From Gaiellaceae bacterium (GTDB taxonomy: Bacteria; Actinomycetota; Thermoleophilia; Gaiellales; Gaiellaceae): DNA of 64,000 bases. The stretch lies in NCBI GenBank assembly GCA_036273155.1, contig DASUIG010000029.1:40283-104282 (forward strand), in the 5' to 3' direction. The notes under the pieces are model-generated. The model did no database searches. It was not told the origin of the DNA and saw only the letters and a list, made by a program, of their open reading frames with translations. How positions within the stretch are numbered: the stretch's first letter is position 1; the number at the start of each line of letters is the position of its first letter. Below are positions 1 to 9,772 of this stretch, piece after piece. A program made the position numbers and the translations under genes.

Positions 1-1
1 G

Positions 2-271
2 CAGACGTTCTCCGAGCTGCGCACCCTCGCGCTCGACCTCGCGAAGGAGGTCGGCATCCAGCTCTCCCGCTTCAAGGGCCTCGGGGAGATGAACGAGTCG
101 CAGCTGTGGGAGACGACGATGGATCCGCAGCGGCGGCTGATGATCCGGGTCGACGTCGAGGACGCGCACGCCGCCGACCAGCTCTTCTCGATGCTCATGG
201 GAGACCAGGTGGAGCCCCGCCGCGTCTTCATCGAGGAGAACGCCAAGGACGTGAAGTTCCTCGATGTCTGA
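2..271 (+). CDS. gyrB: DNA gyrase subunit B, C-terminal fragment (5' end outside window)
   Basis: Translation ends '...[67 protein letters not shown]', the conserved GyrB C-terminus. Its stop overlaps the gyrA start. Confidence 0.95.
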   Translation, partial: QTFSELRTLALDLAKEVGIQLSRFKGLGEMNESQLWETTMDPQRRLMIRVDVEDAHAADQLFSMLMGDQVEPRRVFIEENAKDVKFLDV

Positions 272-3200
272 GCTGGACACCGGCGCGATCGACCGCGGCC
301 GCGTGGAGCCGCGCGAGCTCGAGCAGGAGATGCGCTCGAGCTTCCTCGACTACGCGATGTCGGTCATCGTCTCGCGTGCGCTCCCGGACGTGCGCGACGG
401 CCTGAAGCCGGTGCACCGTCGCGTGCTGTACGGCATGCACGAGGCGGGACTGCAGCCGAACCGGCCGTACAAGAAGTCCGCCGCCACCGTCGGCGACGTG
501 ATGGGCAAGTACCACCCGCACGGCGACCAGGCGATCTACGACACGCTCGTGCGCATGGCGCAGCCGTTCTCGCTGCGCTACCCGCTCGTCGACGGGCAGG
601 GCAACTTCGGCTCGATCGACGACGACCCGCCGGCGGCGATGCGATACTGCATTACGGGCGACACGCGCGTTGAGACGCCGCGGGGCTCGTACCGGGTCGG
701 CGACCTCGTAGCCGACACAAGGCCGGAGTCGGATAACGCGGTCGACCTCGAGGTGCTCGACCGCCTCGGCCGGCCCGTGCATGCGTCGATGCTCTTCCAC
801 TCCGGCGAGCACCCGACGCTGCGCATCCGCACGCGCGAGGGCTACGAGCTCACCGGCAGCCGCAACCATCCTGTGCTCTGCCTCGTCGACATGGTCGGCG
901 TGCCGCTCCTGCTTTGGAAGCGCCTCGACGAGATGAAGTCCGGCGACCGCGTGCTGCTGGCGCGGATGAACCGCGATGGCGCCGAAGAGACCACAGCGCG
1001 AGACCGGCAAGAGGCGATGTTGCTTGGCGCATTCGTGTCCGAGGGCTGGGTCAGCCGCGACCGGGCCGGTTTCGGGAATGCCGATCCGTGGTTTTTCAAC
1101 GAGGTTCTCGCGGCGTACGACGCTGTGGTCGGCGGCTCACGCTCCGTTTGGGCGGAGGGTGAGTTCCACCGGTTCGAGGCTCGGTCCGGGAGCGGCTATG
1201 TCGTCACACCGTTCGCGAAGAGCTGCCTGCTTGAGCTGTGCGGTCTCCGGAGCAACGCAAAGGTTGTCCCTGAGAGCGTCTGGCGTGGATCGCGCCCCTA
1301 CAAGCGCGTGTTCCTTCAGTCGCTCTTCGAGGGCGACGGCTCGTGCTCGCTCCTGCCGCGGAAGACCATCCAGGTCTCGTACTCGACCTACAGCGCGCAG
1401 CTCGCGAAGGACGTCCAGCTGCTCCTGCTCGAGTTCGGGGTCGTCTCGCGGCTCTGCCGCTACGCGAAGGGCGAGATCAAGGTCGTCATCACGAACCGCC
1501 GGGACGCGCGGCGCTTCTCCCTCGACGTCGGCTTCTTCGGCGCGAAGCAGAAGAAGCTCGAGCGCCTGCTCGCCGAGATTCCGCGCGAGAGCTCGGCGTT
1601 GAGCCACGACCACGTTCCGTACGTCGCCGACTACATCCGCACCGATTGCGGCTCGCGCTGGGTCGACAAGGACTGGCTCCGCCGGCACAACGTCGATCGC
1701 GTCGAGCGCTGGGAGCAGGGAGGCGCCGCGATCATGGAGCGCATCGCCTCCGAGGAGGTGCGCGCCGTCGTCGAGCCGCTCGTGAGCGGCGAGTACTACT
1801 ACGCCGAGGTCGCGACCGTCGAGGACGCCGGCGTGCAGCCCGTGTACTCGCTCCGGGTCGACACGAAGGATCACTCATTCCTGACGAACGGCTTCGTCAG
1901 CCACAACACCGAAGCGCGGCTCTCGCGCATGGCCACCGAGATGCTGCGCGACATCGACGCGAACACCGTCGACTTCGAGCCGAACTACGACGAGTCGCGC
2001 CGGCAGCCGACGGTGCTCCCGTCGCGCTTCCCGAACCTGCTCGTCAACGGATCCACAGGCATCGCCGTCGGGATGGCGACCAACATGCCGCCCCACCGGC
2101 TCGGCGAGATCGTCGACGCCGTGGTCGCGATGATCGACAACCCGGACGTCGACGTCGAAGGCCTGATGAAGCACGTCACCGGGCCCGACTTCCCGACCGG
2201 TGCGTACATCGTCGGCCGCTCCGGCATCCGCGACGCGTACCGCACGGGCCGCGGCCGCATCGTCATGCGCGCGCGCGCCCACATCGAGGAGCTGCGCGGC
2301 GGCAAGTCGGCGATCGTGATCAGCGAGCTTCCGTACGGCGTCAAGAAGGGCGGCGACACCGGCGTCATCCGCAAGATCGCCGACCTCGTCCAGGAGAAGG
2401 TGCTCACCGAGATCTCCGATCTCGCCGACCACTCCGACCGTACCGGCATGCGCATCCAGGTCGAGCTGAAGCGCGACGCCATCCCCCAGGTCGCTCTGAA
2501 CAAGCTGTTCAAGCACACGTCGCTCCAGTCGACCTTCGGCTACAACGCCGTCGCGCTCGTCGACGGCGTCCCCAAGACGCTGTCGTTGCTCGAGCTCGTC
2601 CGGCACTACCTCGACTTCCAGCGCGAGATCGTCATCCGCCGCTCGAAGGACGAGCTGCAGAAGAACGAGGCGCGCGCGCACGTGCTCGAGGGCTACCTCA
2701 TCGCCCTCGACAACATCGACGCCGTCGTCGCGCTCATCCGTGCCGCCGCCGACGCGGACGACGCGCGCACGCAGCTGCAGGAGCGCTTCACGCTCAGCGA
2801 GATCCAGGCGCAGGCGATCCTCGACATGCGGCTCGCGCGGCTCACCGGGCTCGCGCGCACCGAGGTCGAGGAGGAGTACCGCGACAAGATGGAGCGGATC
2901 GCGGAGCTCCGCGAGCTGCTCGGCGACCCGGCGAAGATCGACGCGCTGATCAAGGACGAGCTGCTCGAGATCAAGCAGATCTACGGCAGCCGCAACGACG
3001 ACCGCCGCACGGAGATCGTGCACGCCGAGGAAGAGCTCGAGCTCGAGGACATGATCGCGGAAGAGGACATGGTCATCGCGATCACGCAGTCCGGCTACAT
3101 CAAGCGCCTACCTGTGACCGCCTACCGCGAGCAGAAGCGCGGCGGCATCGGCGTCATGGGCATGGAGCTGAAGGACGAGGACTACATCGAGCACCTGTTC

Positions 3201-4043
3201 GTCGCCTCGACGCACGACTACATCCTCTTCTTCACGAACGTCGGCAAGGTGTACCGGCTCAAGGTGCACGAGCTGCCGCTCGGGTCGCGTCAGTCGAAAG
3301 GCCGCGCGATCGTCAACCTGCTGCCGTTCCGCCAGGACGAGACCGTCCGCGCGGTCGTGCAGACGCGCGACTTCAGCGAGGCCAAGTACCTCGTCTTCGG
3401 CACGAAGAACGGGGTCGTGAAGAAGACGGAGCTCGCCTCGTACAACACGCCGCTCAAGGCGGACGGGATCATCGCGATCAAGATGCGCGAGGGCGACGAG
3501 CTCGTCGGCGTCCGCCACTCCTCGGGCGGCGACGACATCCTCATGATCTCGAAGCTCGGCCAGGCGATCCGCTTCCACGAGAAGGAAGTGCGCGCCATGG
3601 GCCGCGACACCTCCGGCGTCGCCGGCATGAAGATGCGCGGAAACGACGAGGTCATCTCGGTGAACATCGCACAGGACGACTCCGACCTGCTCGTCGTCAC
3701 CGAGAACGGCTACGGCAAGCGCACGCGCGTCGGGGACTACCCGATCAAGGGCCGCGGCGGCATGGGCGTGAAGACCATCCAGCTCACCGAGGCGAAGGGC
3801 ACGCTCGCCGGTGCACGCGTCGTGCGGGACGGCTACCAGGTGATGCTCATCTCGACGGGCGGAACGGTCATCCGCATGCCGGTGGAGGACGTCAAGCGGC
3901 TCGGCCGGGCGACGCAGGGCGTCATCGTGATGCGGCTCCGCGGCGACGAGCGCGTCTCGTCGCTCGCTCCGGTCGTCGAGTCGGACGAGCAGAGCACGGA
4001 CGCGGGCGACGAGCCCGCCGAGACACCGCTCGACGCCGAGTAG
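264..4043 (+). CDS. gyrA: DNA gyrase subunit A, interrupted by an in-frame intein
   Basis: Motifs '[19 protein letters not shown]' and 'GKYHPHGD'. The catalytic 'AAMRY' is followed by the intein, and the extein resumes at '[13 protein letters not shown]'. C-terminal beta-pinwheel repeats are present. The ORF is 1259 aa, about 840 aa after splicing. Confidence 0.95.
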   Translation: MSELDTGAIDRGRVEPRELEQEMRSSFLDYAMSVIVSRALPDVRDGLKPVHRRVLYGMHEAGLQPNRPYKKSAATVGDVMGKYHPHGDQAIYDTLVRMAQPFSLRYPLVDGQGNFGSIDDDPPAAMRYCITGDTRVETPRGSYRVGDLVADTRPESDNAVDLEVLDRLGRPVHASMLFHSGEHPTLRIRTREGYELTGSRNHPVLCLVDMVGVPLLLWKRLDEMKSGDRVLLARMNRDGAEETTARDRQEAMLLGAFVSEGWVSRDRAGFGNADPWFFNEVLAAYDAVVGGSRSVWAEGEFHRFEARSGSGYVVTPFAKSCLLELCGLRSNAKVVPESVWRGSRPYKRVFLQSLFEGDGSCSLLPRKTIQVSYSTYSAQLAKDVQLLLLEFGVVSRLCRYAKGEIKVVITNRRDARRFSLDVGFFGAKQKKLERLLAEIPRESSALSHDHVPYVADYIRTDCGSRWVDKDWLRRHNVDRVERWEQGGAAIMERIASEEVRAVVEPLVSGEYYYAEVATVEDAGVQPVYSLRVDTKDHSFLTNGFVSHNTEARLSRMATEMLRDIDANTVDFEPNYDESRRQPTVLPSRFPNLLVNGSTGIAVGMATNMPPHRLGEIVDAVVAMIDNPDVDVEGLMKHVTGPDFPTGAYIVGRSGIRDAYRTGRGRIVMRARAHIEELRGGKSAIVISELPYGVKKGGDTGVIRKIADLVQEKVLTEISDLADHSDRTGMRIQVELKRDAIPQVALNKLFKHTSLQSTFGYNAVALVDGVPKTLSLLELVRHYLDFQREIVIRRSKDELQKNEARAHVLEGYLIALDNIDAVVALIRAAADADDARTQLQERFTLSEIQAQAILDMRLARLTGLARTEVEEEYRDKMERIAELRELLGDPAKIDALIKDELLEIKQIYGSRNDDRRTEIVHAEEELELEDMIAEEDMVIAITQSGYIKRLPVTAYREQKRGGIGVMGMELKDEDYIEHLFVASTHDYILFFTNVGKVYRLKVHELPLGSRQSKGRAIVNLLPFRQDETVRAVVQTRDFSEAKYLVFGTKNGVVKKTELASYNTPLKADGIIAIKMREGDELVGVRHSSGGDDILMISKLGQAIRFHEKEVRAMGRDTSGVAGMKMRGNDEVISVNIAQDDSDLLVVTENGYGKRTRVGDYPIKGRGGMGVKTIQLTEAKGTLAGARVVRDGYQVMLISTGGTVIRMPVEDVKRLGRATQGVIVMRLRGDERVSSLAPVVESDEQSTDAGDEPAETPLDAE
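648..1907 (+). mobile_element. GyrA intein (420 aa) with LAGLIDADG homing-endonuclease domain
   Basis: Starts '[11 protein letters not shown]' and ends 'TNGFVSHN', followed by Thr+1. LAGLIDADG motifs '[11 protein letters not shown]' and '[11 protein letters not shown]'. The splicing blocks resemble the mycobacterial GyrA inteins. Confidence 0.9.
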
Positions 4044-4066
4044 CTCCCCCGAAAGGGGGAGGTTTC
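4044..4066 (+). terminator. Stem-loop after gyrA (CTCCCCC-gaaa-GGGGGAG, then GTTTC)
   Basis: Perfect 7-bp GC stem with a GAAA loop, 1 nt after the gyrA stop, followed by a short T run. Confidence 0.6.
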
Positions 4067-4151
4067 GGAAGCTTGCCCTTCCAAAACGCAACAATCCCTT
4101 CTATAACTCTCAACCGCGGGGTCGATTCACGGTGCGAGGGGCGGGACGTTC

Positions 4152-4442
4152 ATGGCGATCAGGCAAGTCGACTTTCTGGAGCCCATAAACCTGGCAGAGC
4201 ACCTCGACAAGGTCGAGCTCTACCTCGGACAGGTCTGCCAGATCGCCGGCATCTCGAAGATGCAGCTCGACTACTGGACGAACAAGGCCCAGATCCCCAC
4301 GAAGGGGAAGAAGCAGCGCATCTACGACATCGACGCGCTCGAGACGGTCATGCTCATCAAGCAGGCCAAGGACAAGGGCCTGAACCTCGGCGCGGCCATC
4401 GACGCCGCGCGCCGCTTTCGCGAGCAGCAGCGCGTTGCCTAG
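4152..4442 (+). CDS. Small MerR-family HTH protein (96 aa)
   Basis: HTH-like 'LYLGQVCQIAGISKMQLDYWTNKAQI', then 'RIYDIDALETVMLIKQAKDKGLNL', the MerR wing and helix pattern. GAGGGG Shine-Dalgarno upstream. Confidence 0.7.
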   Translation: MAIRQVDFLEPINLAEHLDKVELYLGQVCQIAGISKMQLDYWTNKAQIPTKGKKQRIYDIDALETVMLIKQAKDKGLNLGAAIDAARRFREQQRVA

Positions 4443-4519
4443 CTCCCGGCGATAGCGTCGTTCCCTCCTTTGGCGCCGGGGACCCGGGTCGTGCGGTCCG
4501 GCGTGTAACTTCGCCGGCG

Positions 4520-4879
4520 ATGTCAGAGGAGGCCTTTCATCCGACGCGGGTGCCGGGAGCGGAGGAGGCCGTGGCGCCCGACCACAAGTTCACCGACTAC
4601 CTGTTGAATCTCGAACATCCGATCGGCGGAGCGAAGGCGCGATTTTTCTTATCGATCGGCTGGAGCCCGGATCGCTGGCAGGAGCTTCGGGATCACTTCC
4701 TTGCTCAGCTCCCCCTGGTCGAGGGACGGTTCAGCCGGGTGAATGATTTCAACGGAGCGGCCGACTACGAGGCAGTAATCGAGCTCCCGAGGGAGAATGG
4801 TGAGATGGTGCGGGTTGGCACGTATTGGCAGGTCCATCCGGACCAGTCGACAAAGTTTCTAACCGCGTACCCGCTATAG
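4520..4879 (+). CDS. Uncharacterised protein, DUF6883-like (119 aa)
   Basis: Motif 'HKFTDYLLNLEHPIGGAKARFFLSIGW' and C-terminal 'KFLTAYPL' match my recollection of the DUF6883 family. Codon usage is atypical for this window. Confidence 0.6.
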   Translation: MSEEAFHPTRVPGAEEAVAPDHKFTDYLLNLEHPIGGAKARFFLSIGWSPDRWQELRDHFLAQLPLVEGRFSRVNDFNGAADYEAVIELPRENGEMVRVGTYWQVHPDQSTKFLTAYPL

Positions 4880-4909
4880 GAGGGCTATCGTTCCTGTAAA
4901 GAGGCACAA

Positions 4910-5116
4910 ATGGCGGTAGCGGTCAGCATCCCAGAGCTCGCGATTGTCGAGTTCACGCATGAGGTTGGAGGCCATCCGAGCGGGGCGGTCGGCGTTGTCG
5001 TGTCGGCGCATCCGGATGAAGACGTCTACACGATCGAGCTCGTCGACGCGGCCGGGCGAACTGTGGATCTCGTGGCTGCGCGCGCCGAGGACTTGCGCGT
5101 CACGCACGTCGTCTAG
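4910..5116 (+). CDS. Uncharacterised protein, DUF4926-like (68 aa)
   Basis: About 70 aa with the pattern 'AIVEFTHEVGGHPSGAVGVVVSAHPDEDVYTIELVDAAGRTVDLV', as in DUF4926 proteins. AAGAGG Shine-Dalgarno 7 nt upstream. Confidence 0.6.
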   Translation: MAVAVSIPELAIVEFTHEVGGHPSGAVGVVVSAHPDEDVYTIELVDAAGRTVDLVAARAEDLRVTHVV

Positions 5117-5154
5117 GAAGAGCGACCATGGCTCCGACGCGGTGACACGCCCCA

Positions 5155-5169
5155 AGGGCTCGTAGCCCT
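5155..5169. terminator. Short hairpin between convergent genes (AGGGCT-cgt-AGCCCT)
   Basis: 6-bp stem between the DUF4926-like stop and the SPFH stop. No U tract. Confidence 0.3.
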
Positions 5170-5876
5170 CAGTCGCTCGAGCGCTTCTCCAAGAACGGCT
5201 TGATGAGGTCGATCGGCGCCGGGAAGATGATGGTGGACGAGTTCGAGCCGCCGATCTCGAGCAGCGTCTGCAGGTAGCGCAGCTGCAGCGCGATCGGGTG
5301 CTCCTCGATCACGATTGCCGCGTCCTTCAGCCGCTCGGCCGCCTGGAACTCGCCCTCGGCGTTGATGATCTTCGCGCGCCGTTCGCGCTCGGCCTCTGCC
5401 TGCCGCGCCATCGCGCGCTGCATGCCGCCGGGAATCTCGACGTCCTTCACCTCGACGATCGAGACCTTGATGCCCCACGGCCCGGTCGCCTCGTCGATGA
5501 TCGCCTGCAGGATCGCGTTGATCTTCTCGCGCTCCGACAGCAGCTCGTCGAGCACGTGCTGGCCCAGCACCGAACGCAGCGTCGTCTGCGCGATCTGCGA
5601 CGTCGCGACCATGAAGTTCTCGACCTGGACGATTGCGTCTCTCGGCTCGACGATGCGGAAGTACGCGACCGCGTTCACGCGCACGGGGACGTTGTCCTTC
5701 GTGATGACTTCCTGCGGCGGGATGTTGAGCGTGATCGTCCGCAGGTCGACCTTCACGATCTGGTCGACGATCGGGATCTTCCAGACGACGCCCGGGCCGC
5801 GGGTGGCGACCAGGCGGCCGAGGCGGAACATCACGCCCCGCTCGTACTCCCGCATGATCCGGACGAATCCCAGCAT
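5169..5876 (-). CDS. SPFH/band-7 (stomatin-like) protein without an N-terminal membrane anchor
   Basis: '[17 protein letters not shown]...[34 protein letters not shown]...[21 protein letters not shown]'. An in-frame TAA lies 18 nt upstream of the ATG. Confidence 0.9.
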   Translation of the reverse strand: MLGFVRIMREYERGVMFRLGRLVATRGPGVVWKIPIVDQIVKVDLRTITLNIPPQEVITKDNVPVRVNAVAYFRIVEPRDAIVQVENFMVATSQIAQTTLRSVLGQHVLDELLSEREKINAILQAIIDEATGPWGIKVSIVEVKDVEIPGGMQRAMARQAEAERERRAKIINAEGEFQAAERLKDAAIVIEEHPIALQLRYLQTLLEIGGSNSSTIIFPAPIDLIKPFLEKRSSD

Positions 5877-5886
5877 TCGGTTGAGC

Positions 5887-7158
5887 CTACCTTCTTACCG
5901 TGAGCCGGAGACCGTGGATTGCCTCCACTTCGACCTGCTCGCCGGGCACGAGCTCGGAATCGTCCTCGGCGTGCGCCTGCCACAGCTCGCCGTTGACGAA
6001 CACGAGCCCGGGGGCACGCACCTCGCCCGTCTTGCCCACGATGGCCTGCGGGCCGACGGTCACCGGTAGGCGTCTCGCGGCGAATCCCTTGCCGAGCGCG
6101 AACGTCCAGAAGGCGCCGATCGCGCTGCCGAGGCCGACGATGAGCCACGTGTTCACGTGGTAGCCCGCCGGCTCGTTCTGGAAGAGCAGGGCCATCCCGA
6201 ATCCGAGCGCAATGAGGCCGCCGACCGTCAGCGCACCGTGGGTCATCGCGTGCAGGTCGATGACGAGCAACGCGACGCCGAGCAGGATGAGCGCGACCCC
6301 TCCCCAGCTCGGGTTGAGCACGGAGAAGCCGTACAGCGCGATGACGAGCGACACGGCGCCGAGCGCGCCCGGAAGGACGACGCCCGGATGCAGCACTTCG
6401 AAGATCAGACCGACGATGCCGGCGAGGAAGAGGATCGAGATGAGGTTCGGATCGATGAACGTGTTGAGGAGGCGCGTGACGAAGCCCGGCTTCACCGTGT
6501 CGATGTGCGCGCCCGCGAGATGGAGCGTGTACGGCCGTTGAGCGTCCTTCGTGCGGTACCCGTCCAGCTGCCGGAGCAGCGCGGGCAGCGTCGGCGCGAT
6601 CGTGTCGATCACGTTCATGCGCAGCGCCTGGTCCGCCGTCAGGTTGGACGCGACCCGCACCGCTTTCGCCGGCCACGTGACGTTGCGGTGGTGCGCTGCG
6701 GCGAGCGCCGTCAGCGACGCGACCGCGTCGTTGATCACCTTGCGGCGCAGGTCCGAGCCGAGGTTCTGTCCGTTGCCTTCGATCGGCGTCGACGACCCGA
6801 TGTTCGTCGTCGGCGCCATCGCGAGCACGTCCGCCGCCTGCGACACCCACACGCCGGCGCTCGCCGCGCGCGCGCCGTTGGGCGAGACGTACACGATCAC
6901 CGGCAGCTTCGCGTTCAGCTCCGCGTTGTAGATCGTCTTCATCGACGTCGACAACCCGCCCGGCGTGTCGAGGAGGATGACCGCGGCGTCGTAGTGGTCG
7001 GACGCAGCGCGTGAGAGCTGGTGCGTCAGGTAGCCCTGCGTGACCGGGTTGATCTCCAGGTCGGGGCCGAACGTGATTGCGAGCACCCGTGGTTGCGTGG
7101 CCGCGCCTGCCGCGCCGGCAAGTATCAAGGCAGCGAGCGCGACGAGCAGTGCGCGCAT
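5887..7158 (-). CDS. NfeD-family membrane-bound serine protease (long form)
   Basis: Signal peptide, ClpP-like '[12 protein letters not shown]', multiple TM helices and a C-terminal OB-like NfeD domain. It sits in the classic position upstream of the SPFH gene. Confidence 0.88.
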   Translation of the reverse strand: MRALLVALAALILAGAAGAATQPRVLAITFGPDLEINPVTQGYLTHQLSRAASDHYDAAVILLDTPGGLSTSMKTIYNAELNAKLPVIVYVSPNGARAASAGVWVSQAADVLAMAPTTNIGSSTPIEGNGQNLGSDLRRKVINDAVASLTALAAAHHRNVTWPAKAVRVASNLTADQALRMNVIDTIAPTLPALLRQLDGYRTKDAQRPYTLHLAGAHIDTVKPGFVTRLLNTFIDPNLISILFLAGIVGLIFEVLHPGVVLPGALGAVSLVIALYGFSVLNPSWGGVALILLGVALLVIDLHAMTHGALTVGGLIALGFGMALLFQNEPAGYHVNTWLIVGLGSAIGAFWTFALGKGFAARRLPVTVGPQAIVGKTGEVRAPGLVFVNGELWQAHAEDDSELVPGEQVEVEAIHGLRLTVRR

Positions 7159-7163
7159 GGCTC

Positions 7164-7733
7164 TCAGGATACGCCGGACCAGGCGTCGTACCCACGCTCG
7201 AGCTCGGCGAGGATCGCAGCCAGGAGCGGCGCGCGCTCGACCTCACGGCCGAGCTCGACGAACAGCGAGGTGGGCGGCTTCACCGTCTCCCGGGGGAGCT
7301 CGTGCGCGCGCTGGTTCACGTTCACGCCGATGCCGAGCACGATGCGGCCGGCGGTCGCCTCGGGGAGCACGCCGGCGACCTTGCGACCCTCGATCACGAC
7401 GTCGTTCGGATGCGAGACGACCGAGCCCGCGCCGACCGCCGAAGCGACCGCCTCGCCCGCGACGACGGACAGCTCCGGCCACCGGGCCATCTCCACCGCC
7501 GGCCGCAGCAGGACGGAGAAGAGCAGCGCCCGCCCGGGCATGTCTTCCCAGACGCGGCCGAGCCGACCCCTCCCTGCGGTCTGATGGTCGGTGGCGACCG
7601 CGGCGCCCTCGGTCTCGTCGTCGCCGATCTCACGCTGCGTCGACGGGCATTCCGCGACGAAGCGGTACGGACGCCCGAGCCGTCCACGTAACAAGGGGAC
7701 GACGAGCTCGGGCGAAAGGTCCGACACGCACAA
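7164..7733 (-). CDS. birA: Biotin--[acetyl-CoA-carboxylase] ligase, compact form
   Basis: 'HQTAGRGRLGRVWE' (GRGRxGR biotin-binding loop) and 'KVAGVL'. Only 189 aa; the C-terminal domain appears to be absent. Confidence 0.8.
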   Translation of the reverse strand: MCVSDLSPELVVPLLRGRLGRPYRFVAECPSTQREIGDDETEGAAVATDHQTAGRGRLGRVWEDMPGRALLFSVLLRPAVEMARWPELSVVAGEAVASAVGAGSVVSHPNDVVIEGRKVAGVLPEATAGRIVLGIGVNVNQRAHELPRETVKPPTSLFVELGREVERAPLLAAILAELERGYDAWSGVS

Positions 7734-7749
7734 CTAGACTACTTCCGCT

Positions 7750-8337
7750 GTGAAGGCCATCACGCAGCCGCTGCGCCCGCAGGCAGCCCCCGTCTACGAG
7801 AAGTTGAGCGACCCGATCCTCGTCGCGCGTGCGAAGGCCGGCGACCGGCTCGCGCTCGAGGCCCTCTGCGCGCGACATGCTCCGCGCGTCGAGCGGCTCG
7901 CGCGCCACGTGCTGCGCGATCCCGAGGATGCACGCGACGCGGCGCAGGAGGCGCTCGCCAAGGTGTGCGTTCGCCTCCCCCAGTTCCGCGGTGACGCCCA
8001 GTTCTCGACGTGGCTGCACCGGCTCGTCGTGAACACGTGCCGCGACGCCGCCGAGCGTCGCAGCAGTCGCGTACACGAGCCGCTCGACGACGATCTCGCC
8101 GCAGGGCCGGCCGACGATCCGGCGCGTGCAGCCGGCATGTCCGAGCTGCGGCGCGAGCTGTGCGACTCGCTCGCGGAGATCTCTGCGCGTGAGGCGCAGG
8201 TGATCGTGCTCAAGGACGCCATGGGCTACTCGTTCGAGGAGATCGCGGACGCGGCCGGCATGCCGGTAGGGACCGCAAAGTGTCACGCGCATCGCGGGCG
8301 GGCGCGGCTCAGGGAAAAACTGGAAGACGTCGCGTGA
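7750..8337 (+). CDS. ECF-type RNA polymerase sigma factor
   Basis: Region 2 '[15 protein letters not shown]' and region 4.2 '[39 protein letters not shown]'. GTG start. Confidence 0.88.
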   Translation: MKAITQPLRPQAAPVYEKLSDPILVARAKAGDRLALEALCARHAPRVERLARHVLRDPEDARDAAQEALAKVCVRLPQFRGDAQFSTWLHRLVVNTCRDAAERRSSRVHEPLDDDLAAGPADDPARAAGMSELRRELCDSLAEISAREAQVIVLKDAMGYSFEEIADAAGMPVGTAKCHAHRGRARLREKLEDVA

Positions 8338-8777
8338 CGGCGCCGACCGCGCCGTTCGGTCGCGACGTGATCATGGAGCTCATCCCGCACCGGCCGCCGT
8401 TCCTGCTCGTGGACGAGATCGTCGAGCTCGAGCCGGGCAAGCGCGTCGTCGGGCGCCGTGAGATCCGAGCGGACGACTGGTGGTTCGCCGGACACTTCCC
8501 CGAGCGACCGGTCATGCCGGGCGTGCTCACCGTCGAGGCGATCGCGCAGGCCGGCGCGGTGGCGGTGCTCGCGGACGAGGCGAACCGGGGCAAGATCCCG
8601 TTCTTCGCGGGCATCGACAGCTGCCGTTTCAAGCGCGTCGTGGAGCCGGGCGACGTGCTCACGCTCGAGTGCGAGTTCGTCCGTGTCCGCGGGCCGATCG
8701 CGAAGGGCGAGGGCAGGGCGACCGTCGACGGCGAGCTCGCGGTCGAGGCGCTCCTGACCGTCTTCGTCGGCGAATGA
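8334..8777 (+). CDS. fabZ: 3-hydroxyacyl-ACP dehydratase
   Basis: '[13 protein letters not shown]' and '[12 protein letters not shown]'. The GTG start overlaps the sigma stop (GTGA). An alternative ATG lies at 8373. Confidence 0.9.
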   Translation: MTAPTAPFGRDVIMELIPHRPPFLLVDEIVELEPGKRVVGRREIRADDWWFAGHFPERPVMPGVLTVEAIAQAGAVAVLADEANRGKIPFFAGIDSCRFKRVVEPGDVLTLECEFVRVRGPIAKGEGRATVDGELAVEALLTVFVGE

Positions 8778-9772
8778 TCGGCAACGCCAAGGCGGGGTTC
8801 GACGTCTCCATCAGCGGTCTCGGCTGCAAGGTGCCGGACCGCGTGGTGACGAACGACGAGCTGTCGCAGCACGTCGACACCTCGGACGAGTGGATCATGG
8901 AGCGCACGGGCATCCGCGAGCGGCGGATCGCCGCGCCGGAGGAGGCGCTCTCCGACCTCGCGCTGCCCGCTGCGCTTGCAGCGCTGGAGCAGGCGGGCCT
9001 CCAGGGCAAGGACATCGATCTGATCATCGTCGCGACCGTCACTCCGGATATGGCCTTCCCCTCCACGGCCGCGATCGTCGCCGACCAACTGGGCGCAGGC
9101 GACGCCGCCGCCTACGACCTCTCGGCCGGCTGCACCGGCTTCATGTACGCGCTCGCCCAGGGCTACGGGATGCTCGCCGCCGGCCTCGCCAAGCGGGCGC
9201 TCGTCATCGGCGGAGACGTTCTCTCGAAGATCCTCGACTGGAGCGACCGCTCGACGCTCGTGCTCTTCGGCGACGGGGCGGGGGCGGTCGTTCTCGAAGC
9301 GGCTCCTGAGCAGGGATTTCTCGGCTTCGAGCTCGGGGCGGACGGCGGAGGCGGATCGAGCCTCTGGCTGCCGGGCAGCGGATCCCGCGTTTTCGACCAT
9401 CCGGAGCGGTTCGTGAAGATGAACGGCCGGGAAGTGTTCAAATTCGCCACGAGGATCCTCGTCCAGTCGGCCGAGGACCTGCTCGCCCAGTGCGAGGTCA
9501 CCATCGACGACGTGGATCTCTACATCCCCCATCAGGCCAACGTCCGGATCATCGAGCACGCAACCCGGAAGCTCGGTGTGCCGTCTGAACGGGTTGTGAT
9601 CAATGTGGACAGGTATGGCAACACGTCCTCGGGCTCGATCCCGCTCGCGCTGGCCGATGCGCTGGCCGACGGACGCCTGCGGCCGGGGCAGCTGGTGCTC
9701 ATGACCGGCATGGGAGCCGGTCTCACCTGGGGGAGCGCGCTCATGCGCTGGACGATGGAGGCTGCGGCATGA
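8774..9772 (+). CDS. fabH: Beta-ketoacyl-ACP synthase III
   Basis: Catalytic triad contexts '[11 protein letters not shown]', 'HQANVRI' and '[12 protein letters not shown]'. ATGA overlap with fabZ. Confidence 0.93.
   Translation: MIGNAKAGFDVSISGLGCKVPDRVVTNDELSQHVDTSDEWIMERTGIRERRIAAPEEALSDLALPAALAALEQAGLQGKDIDLIIVATVTPDMAFPSTAAIVADQLGAGDAAAYDLSAGCTGFMYALAQGYGMLAAGLAKRALVIGGDVLSKILDWSDRSTLVLFGDGAGAVVLEAAPEQGFLGFELGADGGGGSSLWLPGSGSRVFDHPERFVKMNGREVFKFATRILVQSAEDLLAQCEVTIDDVDLYIPHQANVRIIEHATRKLGVPSERVVINVDRYGNTSSGSIPLALADALADGRLRPGQLVLMTGMGAGLTWGSALMRWTMEAAA

Noticed and set aside
1343-4879. 1178-aa plus-strand ORF overlapping gyrA in another frame. Similar giant ORFs: 15364-18228 (-), 43260-46400 (+), 50822-53587 (-), 51967-54306 (-), 58673-60865 (-).
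   Set aside because: The translations are low-complexity Arg/Ala/Pro/Gly strings, typical of out-of-frame or antisense reading of very GC-rich genes. Only short terminal segments of some of them are real: 4520-4879 (DUF6883-like), 45351-46400 (glnII) and 50822-51970 (membrane protein).
4874-5155. 93-aa minus-strand ORF antisense to the DUF4926-like gene.
   Set aside because: It has no Shine-Dalgarno sequence or recognisable motifs and overlaps a plus-strand ORF that has an SD and a family-like sequence.
5831-7246. 471-aa minus-strand ORF and several plus-strand ORFs (6157-7014, 5362-6069) overlapping the NfeD/SPFH genes.
   Set aside because: These are shadow ORFs. The NfeD and SPFH frames carry clear family motifs and the alternatives are Arg-rich nonsense.
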